A DNA stretch of 64,000 nucleotides from Lama glama (GCA_028534125.1 CM052817.1:83206001-83270000), one strand, 5' to 3'. Positions 1-12,430 are shown, counted from the first letter of the stretch. Numbers and translations: made by a program. The notes: generated from the sequence alone by a model not told the origin.

Positions 1-225
1 TGATGGTTAGTGAATGAAGTAAAAGGCATGGACCCCAAATTCACATGCTAATAGCTCATTTCATTCAAACCAATTATCTCGATTCTCCCATTTATTCAGG
101 CTTATTTACGGCAAACCAACCTATGCTGTCAAGGATTACATAAAAATTCTTGCTGATGAAACAAATTTGTTCACCAATTTCAAACAAAGGACTTTGTTGC
201 GTTTCTGAATGAAGAATCAGTGCCT

Positions 226-449
226 GGGTGGGAAGGGATAGACTGGGATTTCAAAATTGTAGAATAGATAAACAAGATTACACTGTATAGCACAGGGAAA
301 TATACACAAAATGTTATGATAAATCACAGAAAAAAATGTGACAATGAGTGTGTATATGTCCATAATGACTGAAAAATTGTGCTGAACACTGGAATTTGAC
401 ACAACATAGTAAAATGATTATAAATCAATAAAAAATGTTAAAAAAAAAA
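226..449 (+). mobile_element. Young 5'-truncated L1 (3' UTR plus poly(A)), camelid-like family
   Basis: gggtgggaagggatagactgggatttcaaaattgtagaatagataaacaag...tcaataaaaaatgtt(a)n. Near-identical to the 3' ends at 15239-15471 and 35200-35337, which are attached to L1 ORF2 sequence. Confidence 0.9.
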
Positions 450-454
450 CAATG

Positions 455-620
455 TAAAAGAAACTGCAAGATCCTAGAAGTTCTCATCACAAGAAAAAAA
501 ATTTTTGTGACTATGTGTAGACTTATTATAATCAGTTTATATATATATATATCAAATTATTATGATATACCTGAAACTAATACAATGCTACATGTCAATT
601 ATATCTCAATTTTAAAAAGC
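455..620 (+). mobile_element. Older L1 (L1MA-like) 3' end fragment, inside the transduced segment
   Basis: agttctcatcacaagaaaaaaa...tacctgaaactaatacaatgctacatgtcaattatatctcaat resembles L1MA-type 3' termini. Confidence 0.75.
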
Positions 621-1184
621 AAATCAAATGTATAAATTTAAATATGAATATGACATATAGAGAGATAAGTGTGTAACATATGGTACTAGTAAAACATACT
701 TCCAGCCAATGGAAAGGAAGTAATCCATACACAGCCAGTCATTCCCCTTCTGTTCTAGGAGCAAGGGGCATGGCTGGGGGAAAAGTGGCTGAAATGTTAG
801 TGCACAGGATCTCATCAAACTATGTTTAACTCTTCAGATACAAACTGTTAGTAAGCAAAGTAGTAAAAATGAGTGGAAATTTCCCTAAGGTAAAATATGA
901 AAAATAAAATTTTCATTCAAATAAAAAAAAAAAGAATCAGCGCCTAGCATTTTTTACTTGATACACTTATTAAGTCACTGTTATATATGTTGACAAACAC
1001 CAATTACCTCACTCCTAGTTCCAAGAATACAAAAAATAATACCATTTGAAAGGAAGACATAAAATAAAGATAGGATCATTCTTCTCTAACACTGAAGAAA
1101 AATCACAAGAGTGAAAAAAATCACGAGTGTAAAAAGCGTGCCATGCTTTCCAAAACTAAATGAGAAATTATTTCAAAGCCATAC

Positions 1185-1451
1185 CTCAGATGGAGACTGA
1201 ATATATTAACCTTTTTAGCTAATTGTAACAGAATAGGAAAGTAAGTTATCTTTATCCATTTAGCACCACCAAGTCCTTATTGCACAATGTACAGTTATAA
1301 TTCTTGCCATTGAATCATGAGTGTCCAGAAGAAGATATGGATTCATTTTAAAGGTCCTTTCTAGTAATTTGAAGATTAAATGCCTCAACTTGATGCAAGT
1401 GAACACAGTTCTCCAATTATCTTTTATGAGTTCAGTTTCTTTGGAAAATTG
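1185..1451 (-). other. Candidate non-coding exon (267 nt) of a minus-strand host gene
   Basis: Minus strand: acceptor ...attacatcttttaag|CAATTTT and donor CTGAG|gtatgg. Unique sequence with no through-reading frame noted. Confidence 0.35.
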
Positions 1452-1529
1452 CTTAAAAGATGTAATACACACACAGCTAGGCTCACTTAACAATGCAGGC
1501 ATAATTCTAGTTCAGAAAATGCAGTTTTG

Positions 1530-2744
1530 GGCAGGTATGATCAAGATGGTAGAATAGGAAGACCCTGAGCTCACCTCTTTCCACTTACACACAAAAATTA
1601 CAACTATTTACAAAGCAACTATCTATGAGAACAGCCTAAAGACTAACAAAAAATAAATATGGAAGTTTTAAAACTCCCAACAAAAATTGAGGAACAGATG
1701 GCTTCACAGCTGAATTCCAGAAAACATTTAAAAAAGAGTTAACATCTATCTTTCTCAAACTATTCCAAAAATATTGGAGAGGAAAAACTGATTTCAAACT
1801 CATTCTATGAGGCCAGTATTACCCTGATACCAAAACCAAAGACACTAAGAAGAAAATTATAAGCCAGTATCAATGATGGACACAGATGTAAAAATACCCA
1901 ACAAAGTATTAGCAAACTGAATTTCAACAATACGTTAAAAGGATCATACACCATGAAGTGGAACTTATATGAGGTATGTAAGGATGTTTCAATACCTACA
2001 AATCAATCAATGTGATACATCACATTAATAAACTGAATAAAAATAGTTTGTTAATCTCAAAGACACAACAAAGCTTTTGACAAAATTCAACATTCATTTA
2101 CGACAAAACACTCTTAATAAAGTGGGTATAAAGAAAACATACTTCAACATAAATAAGGCCATAATGGCAAATGTATAGCCAACATCACACTCAATGATGA
2201 AAAGCTGAAAGTTTTTCCTCTAAGATCAGAAACAAGATAAGAATGCCCACTCTCACCACTTTCATTCAACATAGTATTGGAAGTCCTAGCCACAGCAATC
2301 AGACAATAAATAAATTAATTAATTAAATCCAAATTGTAAAGGAAGAAGTAAAACTATCACTGTTTGCATATCACATGATACTATACATAGAAAATCCTAA
2401 AGATACCACCAAAAACTGCTAGAGTTCATCAACAAATTAAGTAAAGTTTCATGATACAAAATTAATATACAGAAATCTATTGCAAATCTATACACTAACA
2501 ATGAGCTATCAGAAAGAGGAATTAAGGAAACAATCCCATTTACAATCACATCAAAAAGAATAAAATACCTAGGAATAAAACTGCTTAAGGAGATAAAAAA
2601 TCTGTACTCCACAAACAAGACACTGATGAAGAAAACTGAAGGCAATACAAACAAACAGAAAGATAAACTGTGTTCACAGATTGCAAAAATATCGTTAATA
2701 CGACAAAACTAGACAAGGCAATCTACAGATTCAATACAATATCT
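1530..2744 (+). mobile_element. L1 relic: 5' end (1530-1650) joined directly to ORF2 reverse-transcriptase region (1660-2744)
   Basis: tcaagatggtagaataggaagaccctgagctcacctc is an L1 5' start. It is followed by decayed ORF2 sequence: cattctatgaggccagtattaccctgataccaaaacc, gaatgcccactctcaccactttcattcaacatagtattggaagtcctagcc, ctgtttgcatatcacatgata (LFADDM region). Confidence 0.9.
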
Positions 2745-3465
2745 AAGTATGAGGAAACATTAGACAAATCCAAACTGAGAGATATTCTACGAAATAATTG
2801 GCTTGTACATCTCTAAAATGTCTAGGTCAAGACACAAAGGTCAAAGAACTGCTCCATACGGAAGAGAGATGGCAATGAAATGAAACTTTTGATCCTGAAC
2901 TCGTTCCTCCACAGGAAGTTTTGTTTTTACCATTGTATGTGTTCTCCTCCTACTCTCCTCCCCTTTACCCCTTTCCTTCCCCCTGCCCTCTCCTTCTTTC
3001 CTGTGGCCCTCTTTGTTCTCCTCCCCGACTCCCTCTCCCTCCTCCTCTCGCTCCTCTTCTCTTGACTATTGCCATAAATGACATTATTGGGACAATCACT
3101 GAAATTTGAATGGGGCTTGTGGATTATATAATATTCCTGTACCAATGTTAATTTTCTGATTTTGATATATACTCTGTATTATAGAAGAGCAGGAAATAGA
3201 CACTGAGGTATTTAGGAAAAACAGAACATCACAAATGCAACAGATTCTTAAATGGAAAGAAAAGATAAATAATAGAAATAGATGATCAAGAGATTAACAA
3301 TACATATATACACACATATGTACATAGATGGGAACATGGAAGAGGTAAACATGCTAAAATGTTAACAACTGGAGAATTAGGATGAAGGCTAAATAAGAGC
3401 TCTTTGTACTGTCCTTGCAACTTTTCTGAGAATTTTTAAGTATTTCAAAATAAAAGGTTTAAAAA
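2745..3465 (+). mobile_element. Ancient L1MC-type 3' UTR, interrupted by a CT-rich low-complexity tract (2940-3062)
   Basis: gacaaatccaaactgagagatattctac..., gacattattgggacaatcactgaaatttgaatgggg, ctttgtactgtccttgcaacttttctg...tttcaaaataaaag. Confidence 0.8.
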
Positions 3466-5956
3466 CAAAAGCAGTATTGTATCTCTTCCCTACCTCTCTG
3501 TTTTCTTGGGGCTGGGGGCATCTTGAATTCCACAAAGATTTTATAAATAACCAGTTAGGAAAACTCATTCCTCCATTTTTCACTTACATTCTCCTACAGT
3601 GTTTCAAATTTTTAAAAAAGACAAATGCTACAATATTAGAGAAAAAACATTTCTATAAAATCCATGAGGATTTTGCAATAACGTTTTCTCATTTATGTGA
3701 CCATTACAGGCTCCTTCCTTTAACTTGGTCACACTTCAGAGTTGTAAATAAATCTGACTTTGTGACTTTCTCACAAAATCTATTTAGTATTAAGGTTTCC
3801 TTTAAATAAAACACACCCCTGAAGAGAGTCTTTTGACCTGACACCACACAGCAATTGGAATAAAAAATACTTTTCTGGTGAAATATCTGAAAACCCGCAG
3901 TCATTTAGTGATACTTATGTGCATGCTTGAAATAAAATTATGAGCCTAGTTTGTATGAGGTTTGTGGGTATTTAATTACCAGTATTAAATTTTGTGCTCA
4001 ACATTGACTTACTGCCATATTTATTATTGCTATTAAAACTGCTGACTGCAACATGTGACAGACATGTTCTTCTTACGATGATATGTGGCTCTTATCTAAA
4101 ATAAAGCACTCTATTTTCTCTTTGCATGACCCTTGTGAATGAGGTCTAATCAACTTCATAGACTTTTTAGTGGTGGAAGCATGTTGGAAAGAAAATCCTG
4201 GAAGCGATTACTTCTAAAATTAACATAGGAACACAAGGTTGAAATGTTGTTATTCAAAATCCACAGAAGTTGATTAAAGAGGGGAAAAGAAAAGCTCTAG
4301 CTATAAAATCCAGAGTGTTGCTTTATTCTAAATAATTAGATATACCCACAACCCAACACAGTAACTCCAACCCAAAATAGAAGAAATTGAGAAACTTGTT
4401 AATTTTGAGGAGTTTTTCGTTTTGTTTTCCTGTTGCTGTTGTTTAGTTTACGTAATCCATTCAAGTATGAAATATATCACAAAATAGGCACTAAATACAA
4501 AATGTCTACAAAACTAATGGTTTCATATGTTCACAAGGCCAGAAAGAAATGAATTGTGCTTGCTGGTTGTCCTCTTTTAAACGGAGGCACAGGTTCCTGG
4601 ACAAACGCTGGGGAGATTCTTAGGGACGAGTAAAGAGTTGCAGGTCGTACTGAGCCTTTCCTAATACCAGTCAGATCTGCAACAGGCCTTCTCCACCACA
4701 ATACCATGTTGCCACTGCTAAGAAGGCCTCGATATGCCTATTAAGGAAAAAGACTGTGGGGTAGTTTTTTTTTGGGGGGGGGTTACTTGTTTAAATACCC
4801 TAATTTTGTTTTAGTTGCCTAAGTCAGCCTGTGAAAGAGCAGGGTTCTGGTTCTCACCTCTCCTCTCCTCTTCATTCCAGGAGGGCACAAAATTTTTAAA
4901 GGCAAAAAAAGCAATCTGTACTGGAGAAAGCATCGACGACCAGCAGGCAGAACAACCCCTAGTGGTTTTGTAGAAAAAGGAAGTACGCATTTTCACAATA
5001 AGAAAAAAGCTGTGATCCAAGAGAATGTTCTTAAAGACTAGAAAATATAATGTTTTTTATTTCCAGTCCGACCTGAAACAGGCCTCTATGAGTCCCCAGG
5101 CTATCCTTCTCCATAAAGGAGGCTTTGCCATCTCATTGCAAACTGAGTTTTCATTCATTTGGAAAATATGTCTACATTCTAACTGCAAATTAAAAAAAAA
5201 AAAAAGGTCACAGTCATAACAGAGGAGAACTAAAATGTGGCTCACATAATTTTTTTTTAAATTAAAAATAATGCCCCATCTCCCAGGATCCCTGTCAGAC
5301 CATCACTCAGTCAAGGTTACTGGGCAATAACTGGCTTCTATGCATGAGGTTTTAAATCAAATCTTGCTCTAAAGACTGAGAGGTTTAGGAGAACTGCCTA
5401 ATTCATGAACTGATCCTTTCAAAAACCATGTGCTCTGTATAAAGACACAATCCAAACTACTGCTTCTAGTTGAACTCTATGTAGAGATATTATATTCGGG
5501 TATAGAGGGATAAGATGAAACATTATAGCTTTCAGCAAAATAAATAAAACTAATTATTTTTTATAATCTGAAATTATTTAGCTTTCTAATAGCATAAAAA
5601 CACTGATGCAAGTTGAACTGCGCCAAAATTACAGTATTCTCTATCAGGAGTTGTATTTCTCTTTGCCATGGTGAGCTAAGTAGCCCTTGAAACCTAGATG
5701 ACACTGTTGTGAACTTCCTTGGTTTTGTCAGTCTTAGGTTCTTTTTGGTTGAAAACAACAACCAATGATGGAGAAGAGGGTTAGCTTCTCCCCAGAACTT
5801 CATCGGTTCTAACTGAAGCAAGTTTCAAGCCAGATTATTCCCCACATGTAGACAATCATTAAATAAGCAGACAGAAGAATTCCTTCAACATGTATAAACT
5901 TGATGAAGTCCCAGCTCTATCTTTTTGGGCACCTTTGCATGAAAAGTTAATTCAGC

Positions 5957-6112
5957 CAGGACTGGCTAAATGGTCTGTCGAGCCCAATGTAAAATAAAAG
6001 TGGGGAGTTCCTTCTTCAAAAATTGTAAAATTTCAGGATGGCAACAGCCAAGGGTTAAAACAAGTGTGAGTCCCTTCCAAGCACAGGTCACATGAGTATG
6101 AAGTCTAGTCAT
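5957..6112. mobile_element. MER91-like hAT-Tip100 DNA transposon relic
   Basis: caggactggcta...gcccaatgtaaaataaaagtggggagttccttcttcaaaaatt...tttcaggatggcaacagc resembles recalled MER91A. Confidence 0.6.
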
Positions 6113-7349
6113 GCACTCAGCAGAGACACAAGATCCTGGAAACAAGATTCTATGACCTTACAGTCAGTATCAAGCAACAAGAGATTTTCCTGAATCAATG
6201 GCTAGACAAAAAACTGATTTGAAATCAAGCCTGAGGTGCCATCCGTAACAGTAAAACCTTCGAATCTTCCTATTAAGATCAAGTATGGGGAAGAAGCATC
6301 TCTAAAATGTTTAGCCAATCCACATATACCGGACAGTTTTAATTTTACTATTGGGAGTCCATTTTTAAGATTCCTCATGCTGCTTAGCGTGCCACTATTT
6401 ACAAGGGGAAACTCATTTTTAATGTTCAATATGCTTATTAGCAAAATCAGATACTGATACAAATAACAGAAGTTCTCACAGCTAGTAGTTAAACAGCTAC
6501 CTCTGTATAACTGGTGCTTAAAATACAGAAAGCAATCCCTGAATGGTGCCTTTCTGATTAGGGAAACAAGCTGCCCCTGGAGTGAAGCTTAAACCAACTG
6601 GTACACAGGTAATCACTCTGACTATTAGTGTATCTAAATCACAGCCATTATAAAAGACAGTGACCTCCAAAGAAGATGTACTACAAATAAAAGAAGATAC
6701 TGGAAGGTGTAGTGTGGCTTCAATCAAAACTAGGAATTCTCAATCAGATAAAAAAAAAAGTAAGAGAAAGTATTACAATCACTACAGATGAGTAAAGAAA
6801 TGTAATACGTGGGGGGAAAAGTGATGAGGTGGTGTCTAAATTTGCAGTGTTTGATTATTATTGGTTGATGAAATATAATATCTTCTTGATCTAGTGATGA
6901 AGCAAGTTATCATCCAGGATGATGCTACAATTCTGTTTATATCTTCAGGATTTGAGAGTTGTCAGCACAACCCTCCTGTGGGATCCAGGACCCAAAATTT
7001 AAAGAGAAACTTTCCCTTACTTCCCCCTTGCCTCCTCCTCCTCCTGTTCTCACAGACACATCTCTTGGACCAGAAGTTCCTGAAAAAAATGTAACAATTA
7101 AGCAAAGCTTCCAGAAGCCCCTAGCCAAGAACAAAAGGATAATTAACACAAAAATTCCAAAGATTAAGAATAGAAGCCTTAGTCTTGGAAAAAGGAAGAA
7201 GTGACATGCTAAACGCAGAACAAAAATAAAACCCAAGAAGTAGTCAGTAAGATTCACAGAGACAGCTGGAAAGTGCAGGTCAAAGGACAGGTTCAAAAAA
7301 TTTGAGATTTTAACAATGTCTTTCCTTCCCACAATGTCTTTCCTTCCCA

Positions 7350-7874
7350 CTTCACCAAGTCCAAGCTTATACTACTGTCCACACAACAGGCCAGTAAATC
7401 AAGAGACGAGTTGTTGGACTTTATTTGGAAAGCCAGCAGACTGAAAAGATGGTGGATTAGTTTTCCACAGAACCATCTTTTGTTTCCATCATCCAAACCA
7501 GGTTTGGATGTTAGGTTCTTTTACAGAGCAAAAAGGGGGAGGGGATGAGGAGGTAAAATTTAAAAGGTGATTAAGTTGTTGCAAATATTTCCTGATTCAG
7601 GCCAGACTCGGGAGGGGATGTGTTAATTTCTTCCTTCCTGCAGCCATTCCTAGGTGGCCCTGGTCAGGATGTTTCCTGTGAGCTTAAATAAAGGTACTTT
7701 AGCTTAATGCTCAGGCATGGGAGGCAGGATTCCCAGAGATGGCCCATTATGTATACTTTAAGCTATAGGTGATATCCCTTTGGTGATTAACCTGTAGTAA
7801 AAGCAACAGAATACAAAGGTTAAAGTGAAAGAAACAGACCTAATATGGAGTCCAATTTGTTCTTCCCTCTAACA
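7350..7874 (-). mobile_element. Solo ERV1 LTR, cetartiodactyl MER41-like
   Basis: Minus strand begins TGTTAGAGGGAAGAACAAATTGGACTCCATATTAGGTCTGTTTCTTTCACTTTAACCTTTGTATTC, resembling recalled MER41_BT/Vpa LTRs. Confidence 0.75.
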
Positions 7875-7939
7875 CCATCAGAGAGGGTCAAGTTTTTATC
7901 ATTTATACCCTAGTTATTCCTCATAACAACTGCAGGAGC

Positions 7940-8082
7940 ACTTAATGACCACCTTCTTTTCCAGATGAGAAGACAGATTAACTAATTTACCCATGATCAC
8001 ACAGCAAATAAATGGCAGCCCTTAGTTAAAACTCAGGTCTAACTCCACAGTTTCTAATCTTAACACTACTCTATGTTGTCTC
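7940..8082 (-). mobile_element. MIR SINE fragment
   Basis: cagatgagaagacaga...aatttacccatgatcacacagcaaataaatggcag is the antisense MIR core. Confidence 0.7.
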
Positions 8083-8936
8083 ATGTTGAAAGGGGATGAA
8101 AGTAGTTATAGGGGATGGAGCAGGGATGGGACACTGATTACCAGCATGAATGGAAAGAGAACAGCAGGGATGGATGACAGATACATAGACAAACAGATAA
8201 TCACAATGCTCAAATCCTTCATCCTAGAAATAACATAAAGGCAACTTTGCTCCTCTCAGTTGATAGCACAAGTTTAAAAATGCCAGTCCAATAGTTCTGG
8301 ATGTAGGAAATAGGATTGTGTTAGCAAGTCAAGGTTGGTGTCTTTCCATGACATTTAGAACCAGGAGCAACAGAAACTTCATTCTATCGTCACAAGCCTA
8401 TTATAAATTTATAAAGTTAAGTTCTTTATATAATATTCAATCATTCTTTCTGAAAAGTCCATAAAATACTTCACAATTCTTTGGTGTATGGATAAATATT
8501 ACATAAGTTAGTCAGAAACAGACAGGAATAAGCTACAGGACAAAGGACACAGACTACAATAAAACTTGGTCAATATTTCCCAGGTGCCATTTTAAAAGAC
8601 ACCATGATGCAAAGAAACTGAAAACTGTGTGAACTCTTTCTATGCTACCAAGATGTGCATTTGGTAAAAAGTTCAAAATAGAACCATTTAAAATTAGCAG
8701 TATTAAATACACAATGAGAATTGAGAAAATACCATGTTTTTCAGAGAAATAATTTGCAAATTAACAGTAGAAGCATGTAAAATGATTATATAAATGAGGT
8801 TTTCATTCTGAGCAAATGGCTTGACTGAGGTAAAAAGTGGTTGTTTGCAGATGAAAGAAAAACAGAAAAGAGAACTCTGTGTCTCTTGTTGTACATCGTG
8901 ATCCAGAGTGCATATGACTCTACAGAGAGGAATTAC

Positions 8937-9173
8937 TTGATGTTGCTGCTTAACCAAATAATCCTTGCAGAGACGTCCAGAGGCTATACCACAGCTTCCC
9001 GTTCCCTGTTCTGAGATTTTCTGACCCGTAAATTCTCCCCAAACTAATTTTGCCTGAGTTGATATTGCGTGAGCACTTCTGTTTTGCTTCACTTTTGCAT
9101 TCCAAACTGTACATCTGTCTTTGGATTTTTTAAGGCTTCTTCTTAACCTGCTGGTTTCACACTAAATGCCCCA
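8937..9173 (-). other. Candidate exon (237 nt) of the minus-strand host gene
   Basis: Minus strand: acceptor atttaatttccatgatacag|TGGGG and donor CATCAA|gtaatt. Unique sequence that keeps several CpGs. Confidence 0.3.
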
Positions 9174-9419
9174 CTGTATCATGGAAATTAAATGTTCCAC
9201 TGTGCACTTTTTCCACTTACTGAATCAGAAGTCACATAAAGGCATAAATCTTAGTAGAATTCAGTGGATTCCATATAAATTTAAGAATTGCTTATTTCAA
9301 ATAAAATAATATAGATCTACTCTGCAGAAGCAAATTATACACTCTTGACATAAAATAGCAGCTGAACCCAAAAATAAAGAGCCTAAAATAAGGTGGTATA
9401 GCATTTGGAATGGAAATAA

Positions 9420-9660
9420 TAATAATAATAGATAGAATTTATTGAGCACCATTATTCTAGGACATAAAATTTTATCTTTTAATCTATGAGTTATATGGCT
9501 AAAAATATTGCCATCTCCAATTTACAAATGAGGAAGCTGAGACACAGAAAGCTTATGAAAATTACCCAAAGTCACACAGCAGTTTGCAGTAAAGCCCTAA
9601 CTTGAACTCAGGCGGTCTGTAAGTAGAGACCAGGACCTAACAGCTCTGCACATTGCCTCT
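9420..9660 (-). mobile_element. MIR SINE
   Basis: tttattgagcacc...tttacaaatgaggaagctgagacacaga...cccaaagtcacacagc...cttgaactcaggcggtctg. Confidence 0.85.
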
Positions 9661-9799
9661 CAATCTTGGTGAAAAGACCAAGAAACGCTGCTTATACAGA
9701 ACTCACCCAATGGCAACTAACTAGGTAAAGGAAACTGGACAAATGTCAAATACAAATCCAAAATTAGATAACAAGAATAGCGTTGTCATCAAAGGAAAC

Positions 9800-10200
9800 A
9801 GAGTTTGGGGAGTGTTGAGTTCAAGTTCCAGCAGAACTATCAGGTGGAGATGTCAAGGAAACATTTAGAAATACAGGTCTAGAACTCAGAGGAAGAGACC
9901 TCAGATAGATAAGTGGGAGCCATCTTCACAGAGGAGATGTTTAGAAAATTGGAAGCAGATAAGATACTCCAAGGAAAATAACAGAAAAAGACTAGTGGTC
10001 AGAATATATACAACCTTAAGAATGCTTCCATCTAGGTGGTAAGAATAATAGTAGAAAACGAGTACAGGCTGTGTTCAAGAGGAAAGAACATTTCAGGAGA
10101 CAGAGGTCAACACTGCATGAATATAGAGAAATGGGAACAGAGATTAGTCTACTGTACTTGATATTTAGAAGGTATGTCAAGAACTTCAAGACAGTGGTTT
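9800..10200 (-). mobile_element. L2 fragment
   Basis: caggtggagatgtcaaggaaacatttagaaatacaggtctagaactcagagga is the antisense of the L2 3' region. Confidence 0.7.
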
Positions 10201-11138
10201 CATTTTAGTAGTAAATATTGTTATAAACAATTTGGATAAAAGCAAAAAATAAAATGCGTTGATCAAATGCACAGATGTCGTAAGGATAAAAAATCAGATG
10301 CAACAATGAAAAATTTAATTTTCTATAAAGAGAAGCCAAAATTAGCATGATGAAATTTAGTAGGGGCAAGTAAAATATTGTATATAGTCTAAAAAATAGA
10401 TTTGCTACAAAACTGTGAGAAGCTGAATTATCAGTAACTCATATAAAAATGATGTGGGTGATATTTCTTTAATTTGAATTTTCCTTTTATAATAAAGTTA
10501 ATACAACCATATTATGAAAGATTTATTTATATAGATTTTTTTTGAAAACCTTATATAATCTCACTACCTTAACAAGAACAGTGTAAGCATTGGTATGTTC
10601 ACTTATAATACTTTTGTCTCCCTTTTGTCTTTTATACATGCAAGTAATACAAGATATATACAATTTCATATACTGTTTTTTTCACTTAACATTGTATCAT
10701 TAGCAATTTACATATTGTATGATTATATTAACATTAATAGGTTTTATTGGTTATGTAATAATTTTCCAACCACTTAATACAACATAATTTACCTACCCAA
10801 TTCTCTCATTTTAAAGACTGTTTTCAGTTTTTCACTTTAGATACAGTATTATACTGGCTTTAAAAATTAACTGGGATAATTTTAATATTTTCTATTCATC
10901 AGTACAATTCATATTTTATATTTATATTTTGTATATGTTACTTTTATGTTTTATGGAAGGATGATTATCTGATTCATCAAATGTTAAATGGAGTCACCTA
11001 TATTTCTAAATTTATTCTACACTTGTTAGTCTTACATTTGAAGTCTCATATTTCTAATTTAAATTTTGGTGTTTGATATTTTCCCAGATTTTTTTTTCCA
11101 TTTCACTTAGATTTTCTAGATTTATTAGACTAGAACTG

Positions 11139-11435
11139 CAGGAAGTGGTAAACATTTTCTGTAAAAGACCAAATAATAAATATTGCAGGTTTTGTGAATT
11201 ATACTATCTCTGTCATAACTAGTCAACTCTGCTGTTTTAGTATGGAAGAAGCCATAGAGATGGCATAAACAGATGGGTGGGGCTGTATTCCAATAAAACT
11301 TTATTTAGAGGCTCATATTTTTCATAGATGAATTTTCAAATTCATGAAGTTTGAGTTTTGTATAATTTTCACATCACAAAATGTTATTCTTTTCATTAAT
11401 TCAACAATTTAAAACTGTAAATATCATTCTTCGCT
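11139..11435. mobile_element. MER58 (MER58B-like) hAT-Charlie element
   Basis: aaacattttctgtaaaagaccaaataataaatattgcagg...caactctgctgttttagt...ggctgtattccaataaaactttattta. Confidence 0.8.
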
Positions 11436-11439
11436 TCTA

Positions 11440-12430
11440 TCCCTTCCAAAATTAAGGTCAAACTGCTGCATCTGACTCCCCCTACCATTCAGAAAGAAGC
11501 TGAGTGCTTCATGGGCATCTTTAGTTTATGGAGAGAACATGTATCTCATTTAGGCATGCTTCTCTGATCCTTTTTCCAAGTAGGCCAAAGAGCTGCTAGT
11601 TTTGAATGGCACCCAGAACAAGATAAGGTACTGTAACTTTCCAAAGATGATGTGCAAACAGCTGTGAGACTTGGTGACATGGTCCCACTAACCCAGTAGT
11701 CCTTAGAGTGTCTCAGGCAGATAGGAATGCTGTATGGAGCTCTTGTCAGGCCTCTATAGGTAAATCACAGTACAGACCTATTGGATTTTAAACAAAGCTC
11801 TGCTCTCCCCTGAAGATAACTATTCTCCTTTTGAAAAAAAAAATAAATAAATAAAGCTTTCGGTATGCTACCGGAACTTAATAGAGACTGAAGGTTTGGC
11901 AACAGCCCACAAAGTTACCATAAGACTTGAGCGTCCCATCTTGAATTGGGTGTTGTCTAAATCATCATATCTTAAATTTGGGCCTACACTGCAACATTCA
12001 TCATCCAATAAAAGTGGAATATATAACATTAGGCTTGAGCAGATTCTTAAATCCACACATAAATTGCATGAGCAAGTAGCCTAGAGTCCGTGGACCCTAT
12101 TACTGCTACATTATCTTCTTTCTCCTCTCTCTCAACCTGCACCTATGCTCTCATGGGGAGTTCTTCATGACTATCTGACTGCAGAGAAAAACAATGGGCC
12201 ATATTTAGAGATGGCTCTACATGATATGCTGGCAATATACAAAGTAGACAGCAACATCTTACAGTCCCACTCTGGAGGAGCCAAGAAGGAAAATTATGAA
12301 GTTATATCTTCACAGTAAGCATGCATTCAATTAGATATGATTATTCACCTTGCCTAGAAGGGGAGACTGCCAGAGTGACCTCTACTGTTTCATGAGTGGA
12401 GGCCAATAGTTTTGCTAGATGCTGAGGGGC
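11440..12430 (+). mobile_element. ERVL internal pol relic (RT/RNase H region), frameshifted
   Basis: Decayed ERVL pol motifs: IPSKIKVKLLHLTPPT, gctgctagttttgaatgg (AASFEW), gataactattctccttttgaaaaa (DNYSPFEK), HKVTIRLERPILNWVLS. Confidence 0.85.

Noticed and set aside
217..402. ORF MSNSSVQHNFSVI... that recurs at 34541-35293
   Set aside because: Antisense reading of the L1 3' UTR, not a gene family.
2880..3145. Overlapping Pro/Leu-rich and Arg-rich ORFs
   Set aside because: Produced by a CT-rich low-complexity tract inside an old L1.
4858..4920. Possible 63-nt minus-strand exon (ctttctccag|...GAG|gtgaga)
   Set aside because: Short polypyrimidine tract. Such pairs are expected by chance in 64 kb.
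8703..9092. 129-aa minus-strand ORF
   Set aside because: Non-ATG start, no recognised homology, and it runs into AT-rich intron-like sequence.
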